Positions 24,080 to 36,948 are shown, numbered from the stretch's first letter. The stretch: DNA of 63,647 bases from Gnetum montanum (GCA_015680685.1 MNCI01001745.1:1137330-1200976); one strand, 5' to 3'. Notes: generated by a model from the letters alone, not told the origin. Numbers and translations: made by a program.

Positions 24080-27000
24080 AACGCTAGTTAATTTAGACTT
24101 AGATTTTAGTTAGAGTTAGCTTAGTTTCTCAACCCTTTCCCCTGGTAGCATAGAAGATAAGCCGAAAATACCCAAAAAATCACATACCTCAGACTTGCTT
24201 AACCATACACCGTGACACTTACAAGCAAGCCTGGGAAGACAACGAACGATTAACCCCAAGTGTTTCTTGTGGTGTTAAGGTATTTAGTCTGCGGAGTTCG
24301 ACCGGATCGCGCGTGTACGCTCATATTCGTATGGTTGAGTGTAGGGGTATCTCGCCACTCATCACCTAGCATAGTTCCAAGTTTAATTGTGTACTCTACC
24401 ATTAAACAAACTCCCAACTAACTTTGAAATCATCACACCACACCCCAAATCCTAACCACAGCTTCTAGTAGCTTCGAAATTCCACAAAACTGGTCAAAGA
24501 GCACCAAAGATCATTTCTCTTACATGGGATACATTGTGGCAGGCTTCACCTATTATGGCCTACATATTCCCAACATATTTGAGTAAGAAATGAACGCCAA
24601 AATATGGAAATAGCCTCCAAAATGATGCACCTTGAACCCCAAAGTCACTGGTAAGCCTGAAACCCAAGGAAATCAAGCAAAAGTAGAAACTTTCCTACTC
24701 CCACCTTCAAACTATGCTAGTGATGGCCATGAATACACTTACCTATGTATTCCTCGTGTATTTGGAAGAAGATATATCAATAAAAGTGAAAAATAATCTC
24801 TAACTTAACATATCTTAACCTTAAAAATCCTTCAAAAACTTTGATGACCTTGCATTGGCAAATTGTAGGACAACAGAAGGTAAAAGCTCATTTCCACCTT
24901 GGGTGTACATTGAGGAAGCTTGGGACTATGCTAGCCAACATAGCCTAAGTGTAGTTCCATTTTAAAGGCATGAAAATAGGTCACCAACATGCCAAATTAG
25001 CTTTTGGAAGCATCATCTTAGTTCTAAACCTTGCCAAAGACTTTAGAGACCAATAAATCATAAAAACCAAGTTAAAAATCAATAGAACTTAGCCTACACC
25101 CCTCAACTATGCTAGGATTACATTGGTCACTATAGTCTAAGGGTGTTGGATTAGTCTAGAACTCAAATTATCATTAAAGCTAATCATCTTGGACTTGAAA
25201 CCCTACTTCTAAGCACTAGTGATCGAAATACTTGAAAACCTAGTCGATTAACCATGGAATTTCACCAAAATTAAAGATTCATCTTGTGACTATGCTAGAG
25301 GAGACCTAGACTATGCTAGCCAATGTAGTCCCAATGTAGTCATGAACATAGGATGATTTCACTAATAATTTGACCCTCCAAGTAGTCCAAAGCTTGACTA
25401 GGAAACCCAAAACATTGTTTGGCCTTACCCGTACAATTTCACCTTATTATGATCATGGGAATGCTAGATTCCATTCATCTACATGAGGTAGGCCTAGAAC
25501 TATTCTAGCCAATGTACTCCCAACATAGTCTCTACCTCAAAATGTTTGGCCAAAAATTTATTTCTTGAAGCCTAGATCCTTGAAATCCTAAAGTGAGTTA
25601 TGGTGGCCAACATAGTTATGAGGTGTGCATGCCCAAATGCCATTTACAATGGCCTATTTTAACTTCCAAATGTTTAACCCTTCTCTTCTAGGACCGTGTG
25701 CTACCCTAGGAAGCTACCAAAGCACTAGTTTTCACTCTAAAACCCCATAAACCCATTTCTCACATGCATCAACATTAGGACTACAATAGTCAATATAGTC
25801 CCAGTGTAGTCATAAGTTTTGGCACCATCTTCACCTTCTATAGGGTGAAAACAAGGTCAAAATGCACTAATCCTCCACCCTAGTCCATTATGTAAGCCAT
25901 ACAGACCATTAAGAACTCATAACTAGCCACAAAAAACCTAGAAAATCACCTATGGATGTTGACTATGTTAGGGCCTATTTTGACTATGCTAGTCAATGTA
26001 GTCCCTAGTTGGGGCCAATGTAATCATAATAAAAGATGTCATTTATACCTTCAAACAACCTTATAATGACCACAACAAATTCCCAAAATCTTCTATTAGC
26101 CCCATATCCTTCCACTATGGCCTACTAAGGCCTAAAACTAGCAAAATCTAACCATAATTGACCAATATTGATAATGTTTTACCATATGTTTCCTGTCTGA
26201 ATTGGTATGTCCTTGTTCCATCAAATGTTTCTATCATTGACATAATTTGTACCTTGGCCTATTTTAGCATTAACTAATGTCATTGAACATTAAAAGTACC
26301 TTATTTAATTTTACCCAACTTCATTCCATGAATATTAGCTTGAATATGATCTTCTTTAACCACAATTTGGTCATCATTTCACCTCATTTGGTTTTTATTT
26401 GGCTTTGTATTAACCTTATTTACCATATCATCTCACTTGTGGCCTTAATTACCCTATTTGACCATTGTTGTATGTCATTTGATGGGGTTTGACCATCCCT
26501 TGACCATTTTAGGCATCATTTGACCATCATATGATTTGCTAAGGACTTAAACTAGCAACATGGCCTACTAAGGCCTAAAACTGGTAATGTGTAACCATAG
26601 TTGATCATGTTTAACCTTATACTATCTTAATTTACCCCTAGTGATCACTACTAACCATGTTTCAACCTGGTTTGGATTTAATTTAATTTTTCTACTTAAC
26701 TTCACTTTATTATCAAAGTATTTTACATTTTTACATGTTTAAGCTTATACTATCTTAATTTAAGCCTAAAACTGGTAAAGTGTAATCATAGTTGATCATG
26801 TTTAAGCTTATACTATCTTAATTTACCCCTAGTGATCACTGCCACTTGATGTGCTTATGTTGTCATGCAAGAATAAGCTAGGAGGATAAGAAAGCAAATT
26901 CAACTAGTATTAAAGCCTAAATAACCCCCTCTCATGATTTTGTTAAACTAAGTTAACCTTACATGCCTAAATCTTAAGCCTTAAAGCCATTCTACCATAC

Positions 27001-27288
27001 AGCCTCAATGCCCTAGAGTAGCCTAATGACTGTTGACCTCAAAGCTAGAGACATCATGGAGGATCTATTAGTTGAAATTTCCATGTAAATCACAATGATA
27101 AGGAGAAAATGCATAGGACCAAGTACCTCACCACAAATTAAGCTTTCTTATGACATCATCAATCCCTTGTAATACAACTTTAATTCCATAATATAGCCTT
27201 GATTACATCTAATACTTACATGTTTGCTTATAGTGTTGTTTATCATTGTTAACAAGTTGCAACTAATGATTGATGTTGATGAATCCAA

Positions 27289-30115
27289 TGAAAGGATTGA
27301 GAGAATTAAGATAGATAAATTTGAAAAATGATAAAGAATCAAAATAATCAAACTTTAGAATCCATAATAGAATATAATGAAAGTAGAGAAATGAGGATTT
27401 AGTCCACACCCCCAACCAAATTGAGGTAAGCAGTGAAGGACTGTATTTTCATTCACATGGGTTCATATATATACATGGCATGATGTAATAATATTCCCAA
27501 ATTAGCTTTTGACTAATCCCTTGATTTTATGGATTCTTCTTTACCATCTCTCATATAAATCATATTATTTATATGTTTTCTCTCATATGTACCTTGAATA
27601 GGTACATGTATATTATCATCCTCTTACTTTGTCATATGCCATATATTTAATGTTGGCATTATCCTAAAAATCATCCCCTTAATGACAACATAATACTTAT
27701 CATTTAATACATCCCTTAATGCATGCACTATTCTATTTCATGTCATGCATTCACATAAGGATTATGTAACTATATTTAACAACTTGACCTTGAAGCTTTT
27801 TGGCTTCTATGTTATCTTCTAAATGAAGTATTGGTAGAGATCTCCTTGTTTGTTGATGGCATCACCATGCTAGCTCTCCCCTTGGTCTTTTTGCATGGTG
27901 TTGAAGTCTTGATTTATCTTCTGATTACTCCTCATCTATGTTTGTTGGCAAGAGGAGTATGACCTTGTTGTGCATGATCTCTATTACATAATCTCTAAAG
28001 TCAATCCTCTTGATAATGCACTTTCTCAAGAATTAAACTCTCCATTTGAAGTTGCATTAAATAAATAATGTACCTTATCTTATTAAATTCACACTCATCT
28101 TGTTGTAGTCTTGAGGTTATGTCTTCATCTTGCATTGGTTATTACCTAGGCCTTTTTTCTTCCATATTGTTCTTCCTTATCAAAAATATAATATGCCTCA
28201 TAATTTTGAAGGGTAAAAGAACTACAAATTACAATTAGGAATTAGGTGCCTTCTTCAATTCTAGGTCACCTAAATACAAATATAGGATGGTCAATCCTAT
28301 GGTTCATTACCCATTTAGGTAGATGGGATGATATCAATGGAGTGAGAATATAAAAATCTTGATATTGATTTGGATTTCTTCCCTCCTTTAATGGGAAATG
28401 TTTTTTAAAAAATGTTAAATAAATAAAATGGTAAAAATACTTGCCTCTCCTAATATAGTTTCATCTTCTTATTCATTAGATTTCAATCATTTAGCATGAC
28501 CATTTGTAATTTCATTTGGATTTCTTAGCAAGCGATCAAATTGGGGCTTCCATACATAGTGAATTGATAAGCTTGGGTATTTGAAACTTCCAAAAACACC
28601 ACAAAAATTTGTGCAAGCTTAGAAACAACCTATTTTTTGGTAGTAAAAGTTAGCATAGTTATTTCTTGCATGGTCCATATGATGTTTCTTGGGCATCATC
28701 TCCAAGAACATAGTGATACAAAAGATTCATGAAAGTAGAAACCATCAAGATCATTAGTTTTTCCATTGTGAATTTTAGGCTCTTGGATTCTAGCCCTATT
28801 TCATAGGCTCTTACCACCATGTCTTTGTTAAATAAGGATTCATAATAATGGCTAACAAAAACATAGTTCTAGCTATACAAATATGGATTTTGGCCATTGG
28901 ACTTTAGTAGAATGGTTGTGAAGGCAATGCTATCATCCATGAACTTGGAGAAGCCCAAATACATTTTATATCTAGATATGCATGGCTCCTTATTTTGGCA
29001 CCAATCTATATCGTTCATGGCTAATGATCTAGTTGTTGACTCCTAATCTAGATCCTTGATCCCAGTGATAAGCTAGTGGGCTTCCATCAGTGCACATGGC
29101 ATCATGAGACACTACCTTCTCCAGTATTGTAATGTTGACTAAAAAAATACCAAAATTATATGCTCCATCATTTTGTAGTCTTACATGGATTGAATGCTCT
29201 CCTTAGTGTATATCACATTTAGGCTCATAAGGTAGAAATTTTTGTTTAACATCTTCACTTAGAAAGAAAAGGTAGCATTCCCATGGTTTGAGGATATCTC
29301 AAATCTTTTGTTTTTTCTCATTTTTTAGAAGTTGAGTGCATCAACAACAAGCTACAGTTGCAATTCCTTCTTTGTGTCTAGATCAAGTTTGAAATACTTT
29401 TTTGTCTTTAGCTTTACTCATTTGCATTCTAGAACTTGGCCTATCATTTCAAGCCTTGCTTCTATCAAGAAGCAAAAGAAACTATTGTGTTGAAAAGATT
29501 TATCACTACATGAGGCACATATTTACTTGCATGCTAGAATTTCATTTTAAATTTTGATACATTATGCATCAAAACATAGAGCACAGATGAAGTAGTTTGT
29601 AAATTCACAAGAATTATGAAATAATAACTTTTTTTGACAATATAGGCATGATTTATTAGAGGATGCATTTTTCAAATGATATATCCAAGGATCTTTTTCT
29701 CAAGACTATTAAACTAAAACTAAATATGAGTACTCAACTCCAATACCAAATGAAAAGATTGAGAGCATTAAGATAGAGAAATTTGAGAAATGAGAAAGAA
29801 TTAAAATAATCAAACATCAAACTCCATGATAGAACATAAAGAATGCATAGAAATAAGGAGCTAGTTCACACCCCCAACCAAACTGAGATAAGCAGTGAGG
29901 CATCACAATTCCATTATCATTGGTTCATATATATACATGAAGTGATGTAACAATATTCCCAAATTAGCTTTTGACTAATCCCTTGATTTTAGGGATTCTT
30001 CCTTACCGTCTCTCATATAAATCATATTATTTATAGGATTTCTCTAATATGTTCCTTGAATTGGCACATGTTAATATTATCATCCTCTTGCTTTGTCATA
30101 TGCCATATATTTGAT
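27289..30115 (-). mobile_element. Non-autonomous LTR element (~2.8 kb) nested in element A
   Basis: Direct repeats 27289-~27710 and 29751-~30115. Minus-strand PBS TGGTATTGGAGT (decayed tRNA-iMet, 29737-29748) and PPT-like TTAAGGGA next to 27711. No gag/pol recognised inside. Confidence 0.8.
28808..29145 (-). pseudogene. Intron-less pectin acetylesterase (PAE/Notum family) N-terminal fragment captured in an LTR element
   Basis: VNITILEKVVSHDAMCTDGSPLAYHWDQGSRLGVNN*II(fs)MNDIDWCQNKEPCISRYKMYLGFSKFMDDSIAFTTILLKSNGQNPYLYS*NYVFVSHYYESLFNKD matches the PAE pattern AVCLDGSPPAYH..G.GSG.NNW..MEGGGWC....C..R....LGSSK.M.....FSGILS......NPDFYNWN.V.VRYCDGSSF.GD. Confidence 0.85.
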
Positions 30116-31156
30116 GATCTATGACCAGTGAGCCTCCATGCTTTATTTCTCTCAAACTCTCTATTTGATGTAATCAATAAACTACAAGTTTTGTAAATCC
30201 AATATGCATCACACAAATCTCTCTATGTTCTAATGATGGTAATCTTTGATGGCCTAGTTTTTTGGTTCTCTCATATAGCCCTATTCATTGTACTATGATA
30301 ACATGTTTTCTTTATCTTATTTTCATGTTCTCTTAGAGTTGTGCTTGTAGGATGAAGCTTGAGTCATCACAAAGGTTCAACTCATTACAGTAACAAGTTA
30401 CCATGTGATCTTGATGTGTACGATTTGATTAGCTTGTCCTAATGTGTCAAGAGTGCTTATTTTACATAACTCTTATTTGTCTTCCTTGAGCCACCATCCC
30501 ATAGCCTACTTATAACCTTCTGTATCCTAAACAAGAATGATGACCTATGTTTGACATTCATACATTATGGCCATGTGACATATTTTTCTTCATGCTCCAC
30601 CATCAAGTCCATTAGATGCAACACATCTCATTCAACAAAAAAACCAAATTAAATATGGCCTTGGGAATGAAACCTAATGAAGGTTTCACCTCCCAAATAA
30701 AGGAAAACTGGGAAAGAAAATTGCTAAGAATCTAAAAGACTAATGAACACCAAAAGGAAAACTAATGGCTCTAAACAATCAAGGGGATGAGCCTAATGGT
30801 TAATGAAACCTTGGAGTGAGGTGTTGATTCCTCAAAAACATTACCAAGTAACCAACACTTTGAAGCATGAAGCGTGAAGACCACATTGACTAGTCATTAT
30901 ATCATTACCATGATGTCAACATTGCAAATTCATTGTTAACCCATGTGACCACTCCTTCATGACCAAATATAACCTTTAACCTATATCATCTCATCATAAT
31001 ATTTAATCCCATCATCACAAGCACTCTTTGGCATGTTTTAACATTACTAAATCAAGCACAGAGAGGAAACATTGATGATAAGCCTATGGTGGTATTTTAT
31101 ATTATTTGTGGATGTCTCTCGGGTCAATCCTCCAAACATCAACAAAGAGGCACCAA

Positions 31157-31447
31157 TGAAACACTACCAAGAAATCTCATTTTATATTTTGTAACCTTAC
31201 CATTAAACCCAAGACTAGAATTTTATTGAAAAATGTGAATATTGTAATCCATGAGATGAAATTTCACATTCTTTAACTTTTGGGACTGAAAAAATGCCTC
31301 ATAAGTTCTCATAGCCTAACTTCCCAAGTTAAAAGGGTCATACCATGTTTATATCTTGGCTTGGGGTGGTTAAAAATTGGCATTTTCATGGGTTTTTATG
31401 TGGGCATAACTCAACTATGTTGTAGCCACCTACCCCCAACGTTGGAT
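31157..31447 (+). repeat. Truncated 3' LTR of element A, preceded by PPT (CAACAAAGAGGCACCA)
   Basis: Starts TGAAACACTACC. The upstream ~70 bp match the PPT region of element D (reverse complement of 55218-55290). Confidence 0.75.
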
Positions 31448-32955
31448 AATTATATGTTATTTAAAGAACGATATACAATTTATATTTAATTATTTAAGTT
31501 TTTATTTCTCATGCACTTTTTTAGTTTAATAAAAAAATTTAATTTGGCTTAAAATTAAGTTGAGGTGTGATAGTAAGTCATTGTTAAGATAGACTTTCCA
31601 TAATAAATATAATACATATAATTTTCATAAAAAATATGAAATGCATAACTTTATGTCATGATTATTTTGCATTATGCTTAGTGAAATTTCCTAAAACATA
31701 TACTTAATTTACATGATCTAATAAGATTAGTCCACAACTGGTAAAAATGAAAATAACAATCATGCAAAACATTAGAAAATATACATGCTTCAAAACAAAC
31801 TTCCTAAAATAAACAATTTAATCAAGCTAACACATGAAATATATTCACACACATGCAATCATAATAAAATACCATATATACGTAGCTATCATAAAGATAA
31901 TAAGATATTATCCAAGTATTAAGACTCATAATTTAGAAACTCCAAGTTATAGGTTTAATTCTAGTAGATAATACTAAGTTATTAAGTTCTAATACGACTA
32001 TGTGTCTTGAGGGTAAATATTATTTTAAAAAATGGTATTAGGTTTCAACACCTTATTAGTTTTCATAAAAATAATTTAATAAAATCTTGCAAACCTCTAT
32101 CAACAAGTAAAGGGTTAAGGGTTCAGATACACATACTTCTATATAAGGATAAAATGTACCATCAAGAAAAAATGGTTCCTATACTAGAGAGTTATATGAA
32201 TTGTATTAACATTTTAAAATAAGAGTTGATGTGGAAAAGAACATAAAATAATGGTATGTGATACATGAAATACTAACTAACTTCTTCCTATTGGAATTAA
32301 GCAAGTAGATCTCACCTCCTATTATAAATACCTTAGTTGAAACTTTCTTATAACTATAAGTAGGAGAAATATATTAATTAAAGGATTGCAAGTGATTAAA
32401 AGCATCATTTTCTCTAAAAGGCAAGTACAAGAAACATCATTTTGGCATAGGAGGTTAGAAAATAACTAATTTGTTCTATTGTGCAACCAACTCTTGAATA
32501 CAAGTATGAAGTATGAGATTCTAGATGGGCAAGCAAATAGAAAGAATCATCACTTAGAGGTTCAGTACTTATGCCACCAAAGTAGGGTACTAAGTGAGCA
32601 AAGAACGAGTGAAATCATAACCTCTTTGGAGTGGCTACATCCAAGCCTGAACCTTGGTCTTATGACTTGAGAAACAAGCACCTTACCATCAATTGAAGTG
32701 GTGGTCCATTAGATTCGTAAGAAAATGCTAGGAAAAAACTAAAGAACTTTGTAACCTTGTTTTTTCACTTAAAAAAAATTAAATTTAAAAAAAAATACAA
32801 TATGATTTTCTACTACATGAAGCATATATGATTTCTTTACAAATAGAATCCTTTTTCTAATTTATATCACTTATTTGTAATCTTTTTGATTGAATAGTAG
32901 ATAAATTTTTTTTAGAAAGTCATAGCTACTATATGAAAAAAGGATGATTTGACAA

Positions 32956-33960
32956 TGTCACACCTTGAATTTAACTATATATAAATTTCTAAAGTTACTT
33001 AAAATACATAATAAATAAGTCTAAATGGCTTAATAAATCCTAGAAAAAATTAAACATGTATAAAACCACATAAGCATACAAATACTTAGAAAATTAATAA
33101 CTTAGAAGTCACTTGGAAATCCACATTAACATATTAATGTCTAAATAGGCCTCACCACAACATGAATCAAAGTTCAACTAAAAATCCATATTTATCACTA
33201 GAATAAAAATCCATTAAATGGACAAATCAAAATATGAAATACAAAATGAGATAATTCTTCATTCACTATTGATCCTTCCTTTAACTTTACCTTGATCATT
33301 TCCAAAGCTTCTAGCTAAATCTGCATGGAGCACATGCAAGAAGGGTTAGAACACATTCAAGTAGAGGAAATTTTCCTAGAAGCTCTCTAGAATAGGACTA
33401 GATGATGGGGTGTAAGCTTAAAAACACATCATTAGTGCTACTAAAATGTTTATCCACATAAATGTTAGCTTACAGTTAATCATAAAATGCATAAATTACA
33501 CATAGATGTTTGTTTTACTAGTAGTAATATTTCCATGAGGTTTCCAACATCAAACATTAAAATAAATACAAGGCTTATGCTAACTTAAGCTAGCTCTTAT
33601 GACAAGACCAACTATTCTATTAGAAATCCTCATGCATCTCTAGAAGAACTATTGGATTATGTTATGACTAGTATCAATCCTATAGCTACCCTAACATCTT
33701 AGCTTCTAAAACCATCTTAACAAGTGTGATATTTGACTAAACATCAATCCCCAAGCTAACATGATCATTTTAAAATCCCACAAAACTTACCTTAAACAAA
33801 AAGTCCTAAACGAGACATGATATTGACTACATGTACAACCATTAAGCCAACATGGTTAGTCTACAAACCTCAAAAATACTTTCATATTAACAACAAGTCA
33901 TATGTTAGTAACCTCCTAAAATTGTATTGATTATGTTTCTTACATGACTATTCAAGTGTA
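32956..33960 (-). mobile_element. Probable Tekay-like LTR fragment
   Basis: TGTCACACC terminus, with composition and motifs typical of a reversed Del/Tekay LTR. No partner LTR seen. Confidence 0.35.
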
Positions 33961-34551
33961 CCCATACATGTTTGAAATGTCCACTAGTTATTTTCTAAAT
34001 GCTTCACTCCCACCTAATGTTGAGGTGAATGCATAGCTTGAAAAAATGTCCACAAATTCATTGTGATTCCTAGCTAAGTCATGGCATACAAAAACACCAT
34101 TGCTTCCACCATCAAGAGGAGATGACACATTAGAACAATGATGTCGAAATGTAAAGCAAAAATTCATGAAAATCGTGAAGTATGGATTAATCATTAAAGG
34201 CCATGGTTAGATTGATAATATATAAAATATGATTATATCATCAATGAAATGGTCATAGGAAGAAGAGAAAGTATGTGAAGATAAGCTACTTATCAAAATT
34301 GATGGAATCAAGAATATTTTCTCTATCTTGGAAGATTAACTACAAGTAAGCTTTGTAAAGTAAGAATAAGTTCAAATCTAGAAGTCACTAAGAGATCTGC
34401 AAAGCATAACCATAAGTAAGAGAATGAAAGAGAGAGTAATGTAAAATTAATGCCAAGAGAGCTAGAATTTCCAAGTATTTATAGCCATAAAAGATAGGAT
34501 TTGGAAATTTCAAGAATAAAGAATTAATAATTTATTATAAATCAAGTAACC

Positions 34552-35135
34552 TCATCATCATTATTCTAGCCTTGTTCCAACAAAATGGGTTTAGCTATAT
34601 GAGTTCTTTTTTAATATTCATCTCTATGATGAGCTAGATTTTTATTTATTTGGAGCTTCTTCAAATCATCTTTAATAATTTTTTTATGTCTTCTTTGATC
34701 TTTCTTTTGATGCCTTGCATGGAACAATGATGTAGCAACCTTTATTTATAGGCTTATTGTCTAATCTTCTTTACACATATTCAAACCATCTAAGATAATG
34801 TTCTTGTAGCTTATTTGAAATAGAAGTTACTCCAAGTCTTCCTTTAATGTATGCATTATGTTGTTCATGTCTGCCACACTAATTTGAAGCATTTACATTT
34901 CTGCCACACTAATTTGTTGTTCATGTCTCTTTTGTACTATCTAACATTTAGCACCATGTAAGATAGTAGTCTTAATTGTTGTCTTGTAAATTTTTTTTCT
35001 TGAATTTTATTGGTATTATTTTATCATATAGAACACCACTAGCCTATCTCCATTTTGACCATCCTACCTCAATTTTATTTTTGGTATCTTATCAATTTTA
35101 TCATCTAGTTGGAGGATTGATCCTAGATAGAAAAA
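34552..35135 (-). mobile_element. 5'-truncated RTE-clade LINE
   Basis: YLGSILQ..IEVGWSKWR*ASGVLYDK...HEQQISVAEM*ML...LGVTSISNKLQEHYLRWF. Typical RTE 3' end ATAGCTAAACCC...GGAACAAGGCT with an (ATG)n tail. Confidence 0.85.
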
Positions 35136-35249
35136 CTATTTCTAGTGAGGGAAATTTCATGAATCCATAAAAAGTGGATAACATGAAGCCATGAAAAGCA
35201 TCCAAGGATCCACCAATAGGTTGAAGTTACTGAGAGAATACTAAAATGA

Positions 35250-36375
35250 TTCACTTATCAAAGAATTGATTGCAAGATAAAATAAAAGAATAACTAGAAT
35301 AAACTCCAAAAGGAGATTACAATATAATCTTAGCAAATTCTCTCAGCAATTTGTCAATCTCATGGATTTTTGATGAATTTTTTATACTAGAAATTTGTTT
35401 AATTAGGAATGATCTAAAGATGAAAAATACTAATATGTCTCTATGTATAGAGATGAAAAGTTCTAAAAAATTTGACTTTATTTTACCTAATGATTTATAT
35501 GAATCATGTCAAAAGATATCACTTCACGATACATATTTCTACATATTATTGGATTTGTTCACTCAAATAAGAATTTTACACTAATGATTTAAGTAATTCT
35601 TGAATGTTATGAAATTAATTTTTTGCATGCCTACTTATTTTCCAAATCCTTTTCCTTGTCAAATTGGCTAATTCTAAAATAGTTAACAAAATCATTAGAT
35701 CTTAAAGTTTTTATGGATCAATGTAATACTTTTATAGCTTGAGAATGAAACATGAATTTTTATCCATATTATTCTAATTACTCTAAAATTTCTTATTTGA
35801 TTGAATTAGAAAATGTTAAAAGTAAGATTGCTAGTAGCATTAGCAAAATCCTAAAGATAGAGTTCAAAACATCATTAGATGGTCTACAACACACATTTTA
35901 TTTTATAGAGATTGATTTATAAAAAAAGAAACAAAATTAAAACTCAAGGATAGTAATCAATATTTTTCCCAAAAAATTACATATTATAATTTATGAGGAT
36001 ATTACAGCTATTGTTATTGTGAAGGCTATGTTATTAGAATCTATCCTATTCTTAATAAAAAAAGGTTATTCACGAAAAAAAATAATTTTTAGAAGAGGAA
36101 AATATTGGTAGTATTCAACAAGAATAAATGAAATATTGTTCAAAAATTTCTCAATATTTTACTAATTTTTGTAATTCTAAAGATGCTAATAAACTCATGA
36201 TATCTAAAGAAAATTCCTCTTTAGAAAAAATTCAAAATTTTTTTATAGAAACCATTAATAAAAATACTAATGCAAATAGATTTCACTCAATGTAACATAA
36301 AAAGAAGACATCTACAAATGCTGCTTTCAATTGAAAAACCACAAAGGTATCTCATTCTCTTTCTACTTCTATTAC
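35250..36375 (+). pseudogene. Very AT-rich coding relic of unknown identity
   Basis: Long frames with few stops (...SISWIFDEFFILEICLIRNDLK...FLHAYLFSKSFSLSNWLILK...YLIELENVKSKI...). No recognisable domain. Confidence 0.25.
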
Positions 36376-36948
36376 TGTCATGTCCCCATCACCAAATGAT
36401 GCTCCTGCCTAATGAAGATGGTATCTCTTCATAAAAAGTGTTATTGTTATCTTAACAAGACTTGAAAGGGTAGTTGTAATTAAGACTTGAAAGGACATGT
36501 TGTAATAATGGATGTGTCTCTTGAGGTAATCTTTAGGGATTTGACCTAAGGCATTTATACCTAGGCTTAGAGGTCATGCTAGCATGGAGTGGTAGAGCTA
36601 GTATAGGCAAGTTATGAGAGTTAAGTAAAGTGGGATAGGAAGTGGAGAGGCCATCCCTTCTAGCTAGTGTTAGGCCTAACCATGGTGGCAGTGCTGGATT
36701 ACCTCTAAGGGATAAATGCCAAAGAAAGAAAACCCCAAGGAACACTCTCAAAGAATGATCTAGATACTTTATTTCATATGAATAAAGCATTATTTTCTTT
36801 CTCTTCTTATATTTTCTTTATTATTTTCTTCACAAATAATGTTAAATATTACATATATTTGATGTTCAGTATATTGTCTTCTTATGAATAATGTCTAATA
36901 TAACCTATATTTGATGTTTTTCATGACATCAGGGGATGGGATGTGACA
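36376..36948 (+). mobile_element. 5' LTR (573 bp) with decayed tRNA-iMet PBS; internal part truncated at the L1
   Basis: TGTCATGTCCC...GGGATGTGACA inverted termini, followed by ATTAGTATCAAAG (compare TGGTATCAGAG). Confidence 0.75.

Larger units (their letters stand above)
23346..24364 (+). mobile_element. Solo LTR (1019 bp), young, Athila-like
   Basis: TG...CA ends with a 7-bp inverted repeat TGATGAG/CTCATCA. Perfect 5-bp TSD CCTAG at 23341-23345 and 24365-24369. A second copy lies at 1-905. Confidence 0.95.
20905..26870 (+). other. ~5-kb non-coding spacer / putative intron between protease and RT (plus a 1-kb solo-LTR insertion)
   Basis: Donor-like CATG|GTAAAT at 20904/20905 and decayed acceptor TGTCATGCAA|G near 26870. 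The 3' part matches the reverse complement of 58918-59450 in element D. Confidence 0.6.
15318..31447 (+). mobile_element. Tat/Ogre-type Ty3/gypsy element A (old, pol largely deleted, with nested insertions)
   Basis: 5' LTR at 15318 and a related 3' LTR at 31157 preceded by a PPT. PBS, gag and protease are present. The pre-RT linker at 26870-27150 is homologous to element D. Confidence 0.7.

Noticed and set aside
24270-24315. tRNA-like element (GGAGTTCGACC T-loop-like)
   Set aside because: No cloverleaf, A-box or acceptor stem could be built.
1-24364. One full-length element bounded by the two young LTR copies
   Set aside because: The second copy has its own CCTAG TSD on both sides, the first has no PBS, and the intervening DNA is far older and unrelated.
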